Source of the DNA: Planctomycetota bacterium
Lineage (GTDB): Bacteria; Planctomycetota; UBA1135; UBA2386
Assembly (NCBI GenBank): GCA_029936315.1
Contig: JAPYTD010000012.1
Span: forward strand, 15,455-79,454
Reading direction: 5' to 3'
DNA length: 64,000 bases
The position numbers and the translations under genes are program-made. Of the stretch, positions 16,586 to 24,716 are shown one piece after another. How positions within the stretch are numbered: position 1 is the first letter of the stretch; the number at the start of each line of letters is the position of its first letter. Below the pieces are notes generated by a model. The model made no database searches and was not told the DNA's origin. It saw nothing but the letters and a program-made list of their open reading frames with translations.

Positions 16586-17494
16586 CTACTTGCGGTTGAA
16601 ATCGCTAGTCGTCAGGTTGGGCCGCAAATTGAGGTCTACCAGGTGCACCGTGGAGTGGATTCGCAGGTTGCCTTCCTTGTCGGGCAGCAGGTAGTGCAGA
16701 TACTTCGGCACCAAGAGGCCGTTGCGTTCGGTGAGCTTGGTCAGCTTGATGCGTTCGCGCCCAGCTGGTCTGAGTTTGCCTGAGATGCGGGGGGTCACGT
16801 CGATGGCCAGCAGGCGGTCGGTCTTGCTGTCGACCCAAATCGTCAGGCGTGCTGGCAGTTCTTCGCCGGCGGTGTGCATCATCGGAAAGCCCTCGACGTC
16901 GCCTTCGATTGCCAGTGCCTTGGTCTTCTTCCGGCGCGTCAGGATGATGTCGCGCTCTTGGACCTTGCTGCAGTTGGTCAGGGAGCGGATCACTTCGCAC
17001 GGCGACAAGAACCGCACGAGTTGGCGCGCGAGGTTGCGGTGTTCTTGGAAGTGCTTGAGGTCTTGCACCGCATTGGGCGCCGTCAGGTCTTGTGGCTTGC
17101 CTTTGTGAAGGTGCCACGGGCCAAAGACGTCGAAGCCGCGCACAATGCGTTCTTCGCCGCCTTTGACTTCGTAGCGCAGCAGGGTCGTCGGTTTCTTGCG
17201 CTTCGGGTTGCGCAGTTCGAGATACGAGACGTCGAGGGTGACCTGGCCGCCTTTGTCGGCCGTGACGTCTTTGAGCTCGAGTTCGATCTTGCTCGTGAAG
17301 GCGCTGATCTTGTCGATCTCGCCATTGGGTTGGTGCGCGTTGCTCACGCGCAGGGCGAGCGCCTCGCGGTTGGGTGCGCCGTTTTGGGCGGTGGCATTCT
17401 CGGTAGCTTTGGGAGCGCCGGGCGCCTGGCCGGTTAGCAATGGTGCTGCCAGAGCAATAAGGAGCGCAGCTCGCAGGTGGTGGGTCGTCATCAT
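16586..17494 (-). CDS. Secreted hypothetical protein
   Basis: Has the signal peptide MMTTHHLRAALLIALAAPLLTG. It is Lys/Arg-rich and predicted beta-rich, with no recognisable motif. Coding-like GC3. Confidence 0.55.
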   Translation of the reverse strand: MMTTHHLRAALLIALAAPLLTGQAPGAPKATENATAQNGAPNREALALRVSNAHQPNGEIDKISAFTSKIELELKDVTADKGGQVTLDVSYLELRNPKRKKPTTLLRYEVKGGEERIVRGFDVFGPWHLHKGKPQDLTAPNAVQDLKHFQEHRNLARQLVRFLSPCEVIRSLTNCSKVQERDIILTRRKKTKALAIEGDVEGFPMMHTAGEELPARLTIWVDSKTDRLLAIDVTPRISGKLRPAGRERIKLTKLTERNGLLVPKYLHYLLPDKEGNLRIHSTVHLVDLNLRPNLTTSDFNRK

Positions 17495-17690
17495 CAGTTT
17501 GCCGCTGGCTAAGCGAAGTCGCCGGGAGTGTGTTTCACAGCGCTGCACAAGTGCGTCTATTCCGTCTTGGCCTATGGAGAGGGTAGGAAGAACGCAACCC
17601 TCCCGCCACAGGGGCGTCGCTGGCTAGGTGCCTCAAGGTGGGATTCCCCGCCTCAAGCACCTGCCGGCCCGGGTCGATCAGGTTCCCGTG

Positions 17691-18599
17691 ATGAATCGAC
17701 TGCTGGCATCCGTTGGGCTTGCGTTTGCGTTGTTGTCACCTGCTGTGGCGCAGGAGCGTTATGCGTCGATCACGTTGGAAGACGGTCGCAGCTTCGAAGG
17801 CCGCGTCTTGGTTCTCGACCTCAACAAGCTGGAGATTGAAGTCGACGACAAGATCCTGAGGATCCCGGCGGCACAGATCCGCAGTTGTCAGTTCAAGCAT
17901 GGCGTTGATCCTGCCATGGTCGGTGCGGACGACGAGACCGAGGTGGTTGCGGCGAAGTCGGACGGCACGGATCCTGCGGCGGCGGACCCTGCTTCTACCC
18001 CACATGTTCCTGGGGGTTCTGCAAAGCCCGCGACGAAGAGCGATGCGGTGGGTGATGCCTCGGCTGCTGCTCTTGCCAGGCGCGGACCTGCTCCACGCAT
18101 CACGTGGACAGGGCCGATTGCGGATTCGGTTACTCCTGGCAGCGCGGCGACCGTTCCCTTCGATCAACGCAACCGTTCTCATTGGCATCGGCGCATCGGC
18201 GCACTCGATCGCGCGTATCCGTGGTTGGCACCGGCGGCGCCCAACCAGTGGCTGAGTCTTGCTCTACTGCTCTTGGTTGTCTCCAGTCTTGCAGTGCACG
18301 TGTCCGTTCGTGTTGTCGGTGGCGACGCAGTGCAACTCAGTCGAAGTGTCGGGCTGGGAATCTGGTACATGGTGACCGGTTGGGCGCAGGTCGCCATGGT
18401 GCCGGCCAGCGACCTGAGCGTGGTGCTGATGATTCTGATCAACACGAGCTTGTCGCTGTTTGCGTTGTGCTCGCTATTCGGGCTTGCCCGGCTCAACGCG
18501 GTCGTTGCTCTGACAGTGCAACTTGGCTTTGGGGTGCTCGTGTTCGGCATTCTCGAGCTGGTGACCGCGCTGTTCGGGTCGGTCGGCATGAGTCCATAG
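17691..18599 (+). CDS. Hypothetical membrane protein: signal peptide, small beta domain, low-complexity linker, about 4 C-terminal TM helices
   Basis: Starts at MNRLLASVGLAFALLSPAVAQ (ATG at 17691). The C-terminus has hydrophobic helices (WLSLALLLLVVSSLAVHV, GLGIWYMVTGWAQVAMV, VLMILINTSLSLFALCSLF, LTVQLGFGVLVFGILELV). Confidence 0.55.
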   Translation: MNRLLASVGLAFALLSPAVAQERYASITLEDGRSFEGRVLVLDLNKLEIEVDDKILRIPAAQIRSCQFKHGVDPAMVGADDETEVVAAKSDGTDPAAADPASTPHVPGGSAKPATKSDAVGDASAAALARRGPAPRITWTGPIADSVTPGSAATVPFDQRNRSHWHRRIGALDRAYPWLAPAAPNQWLSLALLLLVVSSLAVHVSVRVVGGDAVQLSRSVGLGIWYMVTGWAQVAMVPASDLSVVLMILINTSLSLFALCSLFGLARLNAVVALTVQLGFGVLVFGILELVTALFGSVGMSP

Positions 18600-18606
18600 G
18601 CTGGGC

Positions 18607-18694
18607 CGCGTGAGGATGGAAGATGCCGGACCGAGGCAACGGTCGCCTCTCTCTCACGCACTCCATCCTGGTAATGCGTGGCCTCGGTCCGGTG
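18607..18694 (+). other. Nested GC-rich stem-loop element with pseudoknot potential (possible structured RNA or 3' UTR element)
   Basis: A perfect 12-bp stem (18626-18637 CCGGACCGAGGC with 18681-18692 GCCTCGGTCCGG) encloses a 6-bp hairpin (18655-18660 with 18675-18680). The hairpin's 14-nt loop contains TCCATCCT (18662-18669), which is perfectly complementary to AGGATGGA (18613-18620) upstream of the outer stem. Confidence 0.35.
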
Positions 18695-18871
18695 CCTGCA
18701 CATAGACAACTAGCGTGCCGTTGTGCTCAGATTCGTGGTCCGCAGGCAAGTCTGGGGGATCGCCTCTGACGCTAGCCGTTTGGGCGGATTGTGTGTGGCT
18801 GGCGTAACGACAAGGGGCCTCTGGCGAGATCCTCCATTGACGCGGGGCCCCTGGCCACCTACAGACGCAGA

Positions 18872-19657
18872 ATGGCCGGACCCAACGTGCAGAACATTAC
18901 CGCCGCTGCGTTTCAGCAGGACGTCGTCGACCGTTCGATAAAGACGCCTGTCCTGCTCGACTTTTGGGCGGAATGGTGTGGGCCGTGCAAGACCCTCGGG
19001 CCGGTGTTGGAGAAGCTCGCCGACGATTACGGCGGCAGCTTCGTGCTCGGCAAAGTCGACGCCGACGCCGAACAGGAGCTTGCCCAGGCTTTTGGGGTTC
19101 AGGGCATTCCGTTCTGCGTGCTGGTCAAAAATGGCCAGCCGTCGGATGGCTTCCAAGGCGCGCTCAGTGAGGGCGACGTGGTTGCGTTCCTGACCAAGAA
19201 TGGCATCGAGAAGATCGCGGTTGACGACGCTGGTGTCGATACCGCCGATGACGACGATGCGGTCGATCCGGACAGCCCGCCGGCGCGCTTCGAGCGGGCG
19301 CGCGTCGCCGCCGCAGCGGGGGACGTTACGGCGGTCGAAGATGCGCTTTGCGGCATCCCTGAGGAAGACGAGAACTACTCCGTTGGCCAACGGATCGTGG
19401 CAGGGCTGCCGTGGTTTGCTTCGGGTCTCGCCTCGGCAGCAGATGAGGCTGCCGAGAAGTTGGTGGCTGCGAGGCAGGAGTTCCTCGCGCGCGATTACGA
19501 CGCCGCGATGGCGTCGATCTTGGACTCGGTGTCCGCGGATCGCGACTTCCAGCAAGGACTCGCTCGGCGAGCCATGGTGTTGTGCTTCGTCGTCGTCGGA
19601 GAGGAAGACGAGCGGCTTGATACCTTCCGCCGACGACTAGCTACGTTGCTCTACTAG
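18872..19657 (+). CDS. Thioredoxin domain protein with a C-terminal TPR-like helical domain (YbbN/CnoX-like architecture, but with an intact CGPC site)
   Basis: VLLDFWAEWCGPCKTLGPVLEKLA and GIPFCVLVKNGQP identify the thioredoxin fold. About 150 aa of helical C-terminal extension follow. Confidence 0.85.
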   Translation: MAGPNVQNITAAAFQQDVVDRSIKTPVLLDFWAEWCGPCKTLGPVLEKLADDYGGSFVLGKVDADAEQELAQAFGVQGIPFCVLVKNGQPSDGFQGALSEGDVVAFLTKNGIEKIAVDDAGVDTADDDDAVDPDSPPARFERARVAAAAGDVTAVEDALCGIPEEDENYSVGQRIVAGLPWFASGLASAADEAAEKLVAARQEFLARDYDAAMASILDSVSADRDFQQGLARRAMVLCFVVVGEEDERLDTFRRRLATLLY

Positions 19658-20367
19658 ACCGGTTGCGGCTGTTCGGACTGGTTGGCTGCGACGTGCAGGC
19701 GAACCAGTTCGGCCAGCGAGCGGGCCTGCGTCTTGCGCATCACATTGGCGCGATGCACTTCGACGGTCTTGTGGCTCAGACCTAGGTTCGCAGCAACTTT
19801 CTTGTTGGCTGCGCCGCGAACGACCTGCTCCATGACCTGCGTTTCGCGTTTCGTCAGCGAATGGAAGCGACGTCGCAAGTCGTCCTGATCGGCGCCCTGG
19901 CGGCGACGGGTCAGGTCCATGTCGATGGCACGTCGCAGCACCTCGGCGATCTGTTGCGCATCAAACGGCTTTTCCACGAAGTCGATGCTGCCGAGCTTGA
20001 GTGCTTGAACCGCTTCGGAAACCCTGGCCATGCCACTCATGAAGACCACCGGCAGTTCGCAGCCGCGCTTGGTTACCTCCTTGAGCACCTCGATGCCCGA
20101 GCGACCGGGAAGCATCAAGTCAATGACCAGGCAGCCTGGACGAATATCGTCGTAGGCGGCGAGGAACGATTCGGCGGTGCTGTAGCAATCGACTGCAAAG
20201 CCGCACAGCTGACCGAGTCGTTCGAACAGCGTCTGGATGGCAATGTCGTCATCGACGACCCTGACTAGGGGCGCCGTTGCACTCAAAAGGCCCGAAGGCG
20301 CAGGTGGGCTCGTACCGACCAACATTTTGTTCTCCTGTCCGGCCTTTCCTGGGGTGCCGACATCCAT
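19654..20367 (-). CDS. FixJ/LuxR-family response regulator (REC + LuxR HTH)
   Basis: The REC domain is VRVVDDDIAIQTLF...LVIDLMLPGRSGIEVL...VVFMSG...VEKPF. The HTH is LTKRETQVMEQVVRGAANKKVAANLGLSHKTVEVHRANVMRK. No histidine kinase is adjacent. The start is uncertain (20325, 20367 or 20433). Confidence 0.85.
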   Translation of the reverse strand: MDVGTPGKAGQENKMLVGTSPPAPSGLLSATAPLVRVVDDDIAIQTLFERLGQLCGFAVDCYSTAESFLAAYDDIRPGCLVIDLMLPGRSGIEVLKEVTKRGCELPVVFMSGMARVSEAVQALKLGSIDFVEKPFDAQQIAEVLRRAIDMDLTRRRQGADQDDLRRRFHSLTKRETQVMEQVVRGAANKKVAANLGLSHKTVEVHRANVMRKTQARSLAELVRLHVAANQSEQPQPV

Positions 20368-20511
20368 GTTATCGGCGCTTCCTCGCTCTCGACTTGAGAT
20401 GGGTGCTGGAAAATTGGTCAGGGTCGCGTGCATGTCTGGTTCCTCCCGCCATTTGGGCGAGGTCATTTTCATTGTCTGGCATTGCGGAGCCCCGCGCTAC
20501 TGGAGTCCTGC

Positions 20512-21891
20512 ATGGGTTGTCCGTATGGTGTTCGCCCCCAAGTGACCCTCCCACGCGTAGCAATCGTTGGCCGACCCAATGTCGGTAAGTCCAGTCTGAT
20601 GAACCGGATGGTTGGTCGGCGTGTGTCTATTGTCGAGCCGACAGCGGGCGTGACGCGGGATCGCGTTTCGGTCGTGCTAAGGCAGAACGATTACGCCTTC
20701 GAGCTAGTGGATACCGGGGGGTTGGGTCTCGTCGACGAAGCGCTGCTGAAGCGTCACATCGAAGAACAGATCGCGGTGGCCATCGATACTGCCGACCTGA
20801 TCCTGTTCCTCGTCGATGGTAAGGAGGGCCGCGTTCCGACCGACGACATGGTCGCGCGCCGCCTGCGTCCGCTTCGCAAGAAGGTGGTACTCGTCGCCAA
20901 TAAGATGGAGTCGTACTACGACGAAGTTGCGGCGAGCATTTGGCAACGCCTTGGCTTTGGCGACCCAATCGTCATCAGCGCCAAAGAGGGCTATGGCATC
21001 CACGACCTGATGGAGCGCATCGGCGAGAGGTTGCCGGAGGCCGTCGCCCAAAAAGCCGCGAGCGTCGATGATGGCGTGCTGAGGTTTGCCATCGTCGGCA
21101 AACGCAACTCCGGAAAATCAACGATGCTGAATCGCCTGGCCGGCGAAGACCGCGTCATTGTCAGCGAGGTGCCCGGCACGACCCGCGACGCGATCGACGT
21201 CGAACTCGAGCACGAAGGCCGCAAACTGGTCGCGATCGACACAGCGGGTGTGCGCAAGAAGAAGAGCATTGAGCACGCGATCGAGATCTTTGCCCATTCG
21301 CGCGGCAACGAGAGCATCCGGCGCGCGCAGGTCTGTGTGCATATGTTCGATGTGCGCGACAAGATCAGTCAGGTCGACAAGGCTTTGGCCGCCTACTGCG
21401 TTGAGCAGAGCAAGCCGGTCATTCTCGTCGGCAACAAGATCGACGTGGCTCCGAAGGAGGGCAAGAGCGCCTTCGACATCGAGAAGTGGGATCGCTACAT
21501 CAAGCAGCAGCTGCCCGGTCTCGATCACGCGCCGGTCGTGTTCTTGTCGGCGCTCAAGGGCATCAACGTGCCCGAGATGCTGACATTGTTGCTCGACCTA
21601 CACGAGCAGACGTGCCGCGAGATGCCGACGCCGGCGCTCAATGCCGAGCTGCAGTTGGCCAAAGAGCGCTTGATGCCGTCGGGCGGCGATATCCCGAAGC
21701 TGTTCTACGGCACCCAGGTTGGCACCGAGCCCATCACGATCATCGTGTTCGTCAACAACCCGAAGCTCTTCCCCGACCAATACCAGCGCTTCCTCGAGCA
21801 GCGCTTGCGCGATCGCTTCGACTGCCAGGAAGTTCCGGTCCGGATCATCTTCAAGCGACGCGAGAAGGTGATCCTCAAGGATCGCGACTAG
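20512..21891 (+). CDS. der: Ribosome-associated GTPase Der (EngA), two GTPase domains + KH-like
   Basis: The first G1 motif is IVGRPNVGKSSLMN and the second is IVGKRNSGKSTMLN. DTGG/DTAG and NKMD/NKID motifs are also present. Confidence 0.95.
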   Translation: MGCPYGVRPQVTLPRVAIVGRPNVGKSSLMNRMVGRRVSIVEPTAGVTRDRVSVVLRQNDYAFELVDTGGLGLVDEALLKRHIEEQIAVAIDTADLILFLVDGKEGRVPTDDMVARRLRPLRKKVVLVANKMESYYDEVAASIWQRLGFGDPIVISAKEGYGIHDLMERIGERLPEAVAQKAASVDDGVLRFAIVGKRNSGKSTMLNRLAGEDRVIVSEVPGTTRDAIDVELEHEGRKLVAIDTAGVRKKKSIEHAIEIFAHSRGNESIRRAQVCVHMFDVRDKISQVDKALAAYCVEQSKPVILVGNKIDVAPKEGKSAFDIEKWDRYIKQQLPGLDHAPVVFLSALKGINVPEMLTLLLDLHEQTCREMPTPALNAELQLAKERLMPSGGDIPKLFYGTQVGTEPITIIVFVNNPKLFPDQYQRFLEQRLRDRFDCQEVPVRIIFKRREKVILKDRD

Positions 21892-23441
21892 CGGCGCCAG
21901 AAGTACGGCGAGAACAGCGCGAGCACGGTCAGTAGCTCCAGGCGGCCGAACACCATCTCTACCGCCAGCACGAGCTTGGTCCAGCCGTGCAATTCGCCGT
22001 AGCCACCGAATGGGCCGATGTTGGTGATGCCGGCAACCGTCTCTGCTTGGCCACCGTTGACGACTACGAACGCAGCCGATACGGGATCGACGCTGGTCAA
22101 TGCCGGGCCAGTCGAACCAACCATGCTGGCGCTCGCGGCCAGCGACGACACGAAGTCGAGGTGCTCGTCAAAGCTGACGACGACCGCGCCGACTATGACG
22201 GTCACAAACCACATCAAGACGATCGCGATGATCGATGAGACCACGGCGGCGGGCAGCACTTCATTGTCGAGTTTGAGGCGCTCGACACTCTTGGGGCGCA
22301 CGAACTGGCGCAGCGTGTAGCCGAGCAGTCGCAGGATGACGAGCAGTCGGACTTGTTTGAAGCCGCCGGCGGTCGAACCCGAGCAGCCACCGACGAACAT
22401 CGCCGCGAACAACGCGATCGTCGCGGTGGGCGGCCACGCCTGGAAGTCGGCAGTTGCGTAGCCGGTCGACGTCGCGATGCTGACGCCGTTGAACGCGGCT
22501 TGGCGCAGGGCCGTGCCGAGATCGAGGCCCGCGCGCATCAGGGAAATCGTGATGATGGTGACGATCAGGATTGTCGACGCGGTGTAGATCCGAAACTCAG
22601 CGGACTGCACCAGCTTGCCGATGCAGCGAAAGCCGGTTCGGTAGTGCGTCGCGATCACGGCCAGGCTGGCGCCCGTCATGAACATGAACGCGATCAAGAC
22701 CATCTCACCGCCGAAGCTGTGGAACTCCGCGATGGACGATCGGGTCGAGTAGCCGCCGCTCGCCATCGCCGTGAACGCGTGGCACATGGCATCGAACCAG
22801 CCGAAGCCGCCGATCAACACCAGTAGCATCGCGCACAGCGCCGTCATGCCGATGTAGATCGTTGCGATGTGGCGCGCCTTCTCGACGGCACGCGGTTGGT
22901 AGGAGTCGGTCGCGACCCCGATTGATTCTGACGACAGCAAGTTCTTCGCCGTGACTCCCATCGCCGGCAGCAACGCGACGAACACGAGCACGATGCCAAT
23001 GCCGCCGATCCACTGCATCATCGCTCGCCACAGCAACAGGCTCGGTGCGACCTCCTCAAGCCTCATGTTGCCGCCGCTGCCGATCACCGTGGCACCGCAC
23101 GTCGTGAAGCCACTCATGGCCTCGAAGAACGCATCAATCGGATTGCTTAGCAGTCCTGAGACGAAGAACGGGATGGCGCCCAACAACCCGGCCAAGAACC
23201 ACGACAGACCCGCGACCGCGATCGTCTCCTTGCGGAAGATCTGCGTGCGGTCCTTGCGGCCAATCAGCCACAGCAAGACGGCGACCACGCTGCCGACTGC
23301 CAAGCTGACGCCGAAGCCGGTGCACGGCGATTGCGACGTGCTGGTCGGTCCGGACAGTGCCGTGACGAACGGGGGTAGTTGTGCCAGCGTGAAGAAGCCG
23401 GCGAATCCCGCCGTCAGGCGGGCGACCTGGAAGAGGTTCAT
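21888..23441 (-). CDS. trkH: TrkH/KtrB-family potassium transporter membrane subunit
   Basis: Four selectivity-filter-like MPM repeats are visible (GFTTCGATV, MASGGYSTR, IATSTGYAT, GCSGSTAGGFK). The protein is polytopic. Confidence 0.9.
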   Translation of the reverse strand: MNLFQVARLTAGFAGFFTLAQLPPFVTALSGPTSTSQSPCTGFGVSLAVGSVVAVLLWLIGRKDRTQIFRKETIAVAGLSWFLAGLLGAIPFFVSGLLSNPIDAFFEAMSGFTTCGATVIGSGGNMRLEEVAPSLLLWRAMMQWIGGIGIVLVFVALLPAMGVTAKNLLSSESIGVATDSYQPRAVEKARHIATIYIGMTALCAMLLVLIGGFGWFDAMCHAFTAMASGGYSTRSSIAEFHSFGGEMVLIAFMFMTGASLAVIATHYRTGFRCIGKLVQSAEFRIYTASTILIVTIITISLMRAGLDLGTALRQAAFNGVSIATSTGYATADFQAWPPTATIALFAAMFVGGCSGSTAGGFKQVRLLVILRLLGYTLRQFVRPKSVERLKLDNEVLPAAVVSSIIAIVLMWFVTVIVGAVVVSFDEHLDFVSSLAASASMVGSTGPALTSVDPVSAAFVVVNGGQAETVAGITNIGPFGGYGELHGWTKLVLAVEMVFGRLELLTVLALFSPYFWRR

Positions 23442-23504
23442 AGGAGAGGATTAAGCCGCATTTGTAGCGGCCCGGGCCTCTCAGTTCTCGCCCTTGCTGC
23501 CTTC

Positions 23505-24488
23505 CTATTCTTCCTTCGAGCCAGGAACTGCGAGTTTGTTGATCCAGGCCTTGAACTCAGCCTCAAGTTTGACCATGTCGATGCGCTTGAATGCACGCTT
23601 GGTGACGTTCTGGTAGTTGCTGTCGTTGCTTACGTAGCGGATGTAGTTCGGGATGATCTTGGCGTATTTCTTGTTGCCAGAGTGCAGCAGGAACTGGCAG
23701 AACGCCCATCCCTCGGCGTAGCAAACGCCCGGGTTCGAATAGAACGCACTCTTCGACATCGAGATAAGATCTTGCAGCGGCACGTAGCGGTCTTGCTTGA
23801 TCGCTTGCTTCAGCACCATCAGGCGGCCGTCATTGAGGCGGCCGAGCTGCGCCGGAACCTTGCGTCCGGTGACTTTCTTGGGCGCGGCAGTGTAGAAGTA
23901 GTCGCCCATGCCCTCGTTGATCCACGATGGCAGCGGTTGGCCCATCGAGACCGTGTACCACGCAAAATACTGGTGCCAACCTTCGTGGGCGGCGCAGCCG
24001 AGCAGGTCCATTTTCATCTGCCCACTGAGGCGCGCGAGTCGCCGTTGCAGAGCGGCCGACTTGCCCGTGCCGTCACCCGTGATCGGGGCGGCGTTCTTCT
24101 CGTCGCTCCACTTGCCGGTGTCGTAGCAGACCATCTCGCGCTCGCCGCGGCTGTAGTAGGCCGCCGAGTTCGGCGGGGCGCCGTAGCGTAGGTAGGCCTT
24201 GCGGTCCTTGAACAGCTTGATGACCTGCTGCTTGGCGCCTTCCTTGTCGGGTCGGAACAGCTTGCGGTAGACCTTGTTCATGACCTCCATGTGCTTGCCG
24301 AGACGCTCCGCCTTGTCCTGGCCGCACTGCGACTGGATCTGGTATCGCCTGGTTCGGTGCAGGACCCAGCCATCCGGCGTTTTGGCCTTGGTCCAAGGGC
24401 CTGACCTGATGTTTCCGCCTCTTCGCTGCGCAGAAATATCGTTGGCGAAGAGCAGGAGAAGGCTGATGGCTGCAACAAGGGTTCTCAT
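23505..24488 (-). CDS. DUF1570-like secreted protein (putative HExxH-type peptidase fold)
   Basis: Has the signal peptide MRTLVAAISLLLLFANDISA. AAYYSRGEREMVCYD and LLGCAAHEGWHQYF resemble the DUF1570 core, which is common in Planctomycetota. This recognition is from memory. Confidence 0.55.
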   Translation of the reverse strand: MRTLVAAISLLLLFANDISAQRRGGNIRSGPWTKAKTPDGWVLHRTRRYQIQSQCGQDKAERLGKHMEVMNKVYRKLFRPDKEGAKQQVIKLFKDRKAYLRYGAPPNSAAYYSRGEREMVCYDTGKWSDEKNAAPITGDGTGKSAALQRRLARLSGQMKMDLLGCAAHEGWHQYFAWYTVSMGQPLPSWINEGMGDYFYTAAPKKVTGRKVPAQLGRLNDGRLMVLKQAIKQDRYVPLQDLISMSKSAFYSNPGVCYAEGWAFCQFLLHSGNKKYAKIIPNYIRYVSNDSNYQNVTKRAFKRIDMVKLEAEFKAWINKLAVPGSKEE

Positions 24489-24716
24489 TTGGATACGTCG
24501 GTCCAGTGGGCGGTTTGGAGCAATCTGGCGGATTTGCTCGACCGGATACTCGCTGGGGAGGCTCGAGTTGAGACACTGGTGGACGAACGAACGCCAGCTA
24601 AGTTGCCCCGAAGTTCGAGAACTAAATCACTACCAGAATTAGAAGGGCCCCAGTCTAGGGCTAGATCACAATGCTATAGTTTGGTTGCCCCACCGCTGGG
24701 CCAACCTTGCCTCCCA

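Noticed and set aside
24489-24716. Possible cobalamin riboswitch or upstream coding extension before the B12-radical SAM gene
   Set aside because: I could not find the conserved B12-box (GCCACTG-like core) or the expected helices. The track extension (MDTSVQWAV...) has poor coding character and lower GC. I treat it as a promoter or leader region.
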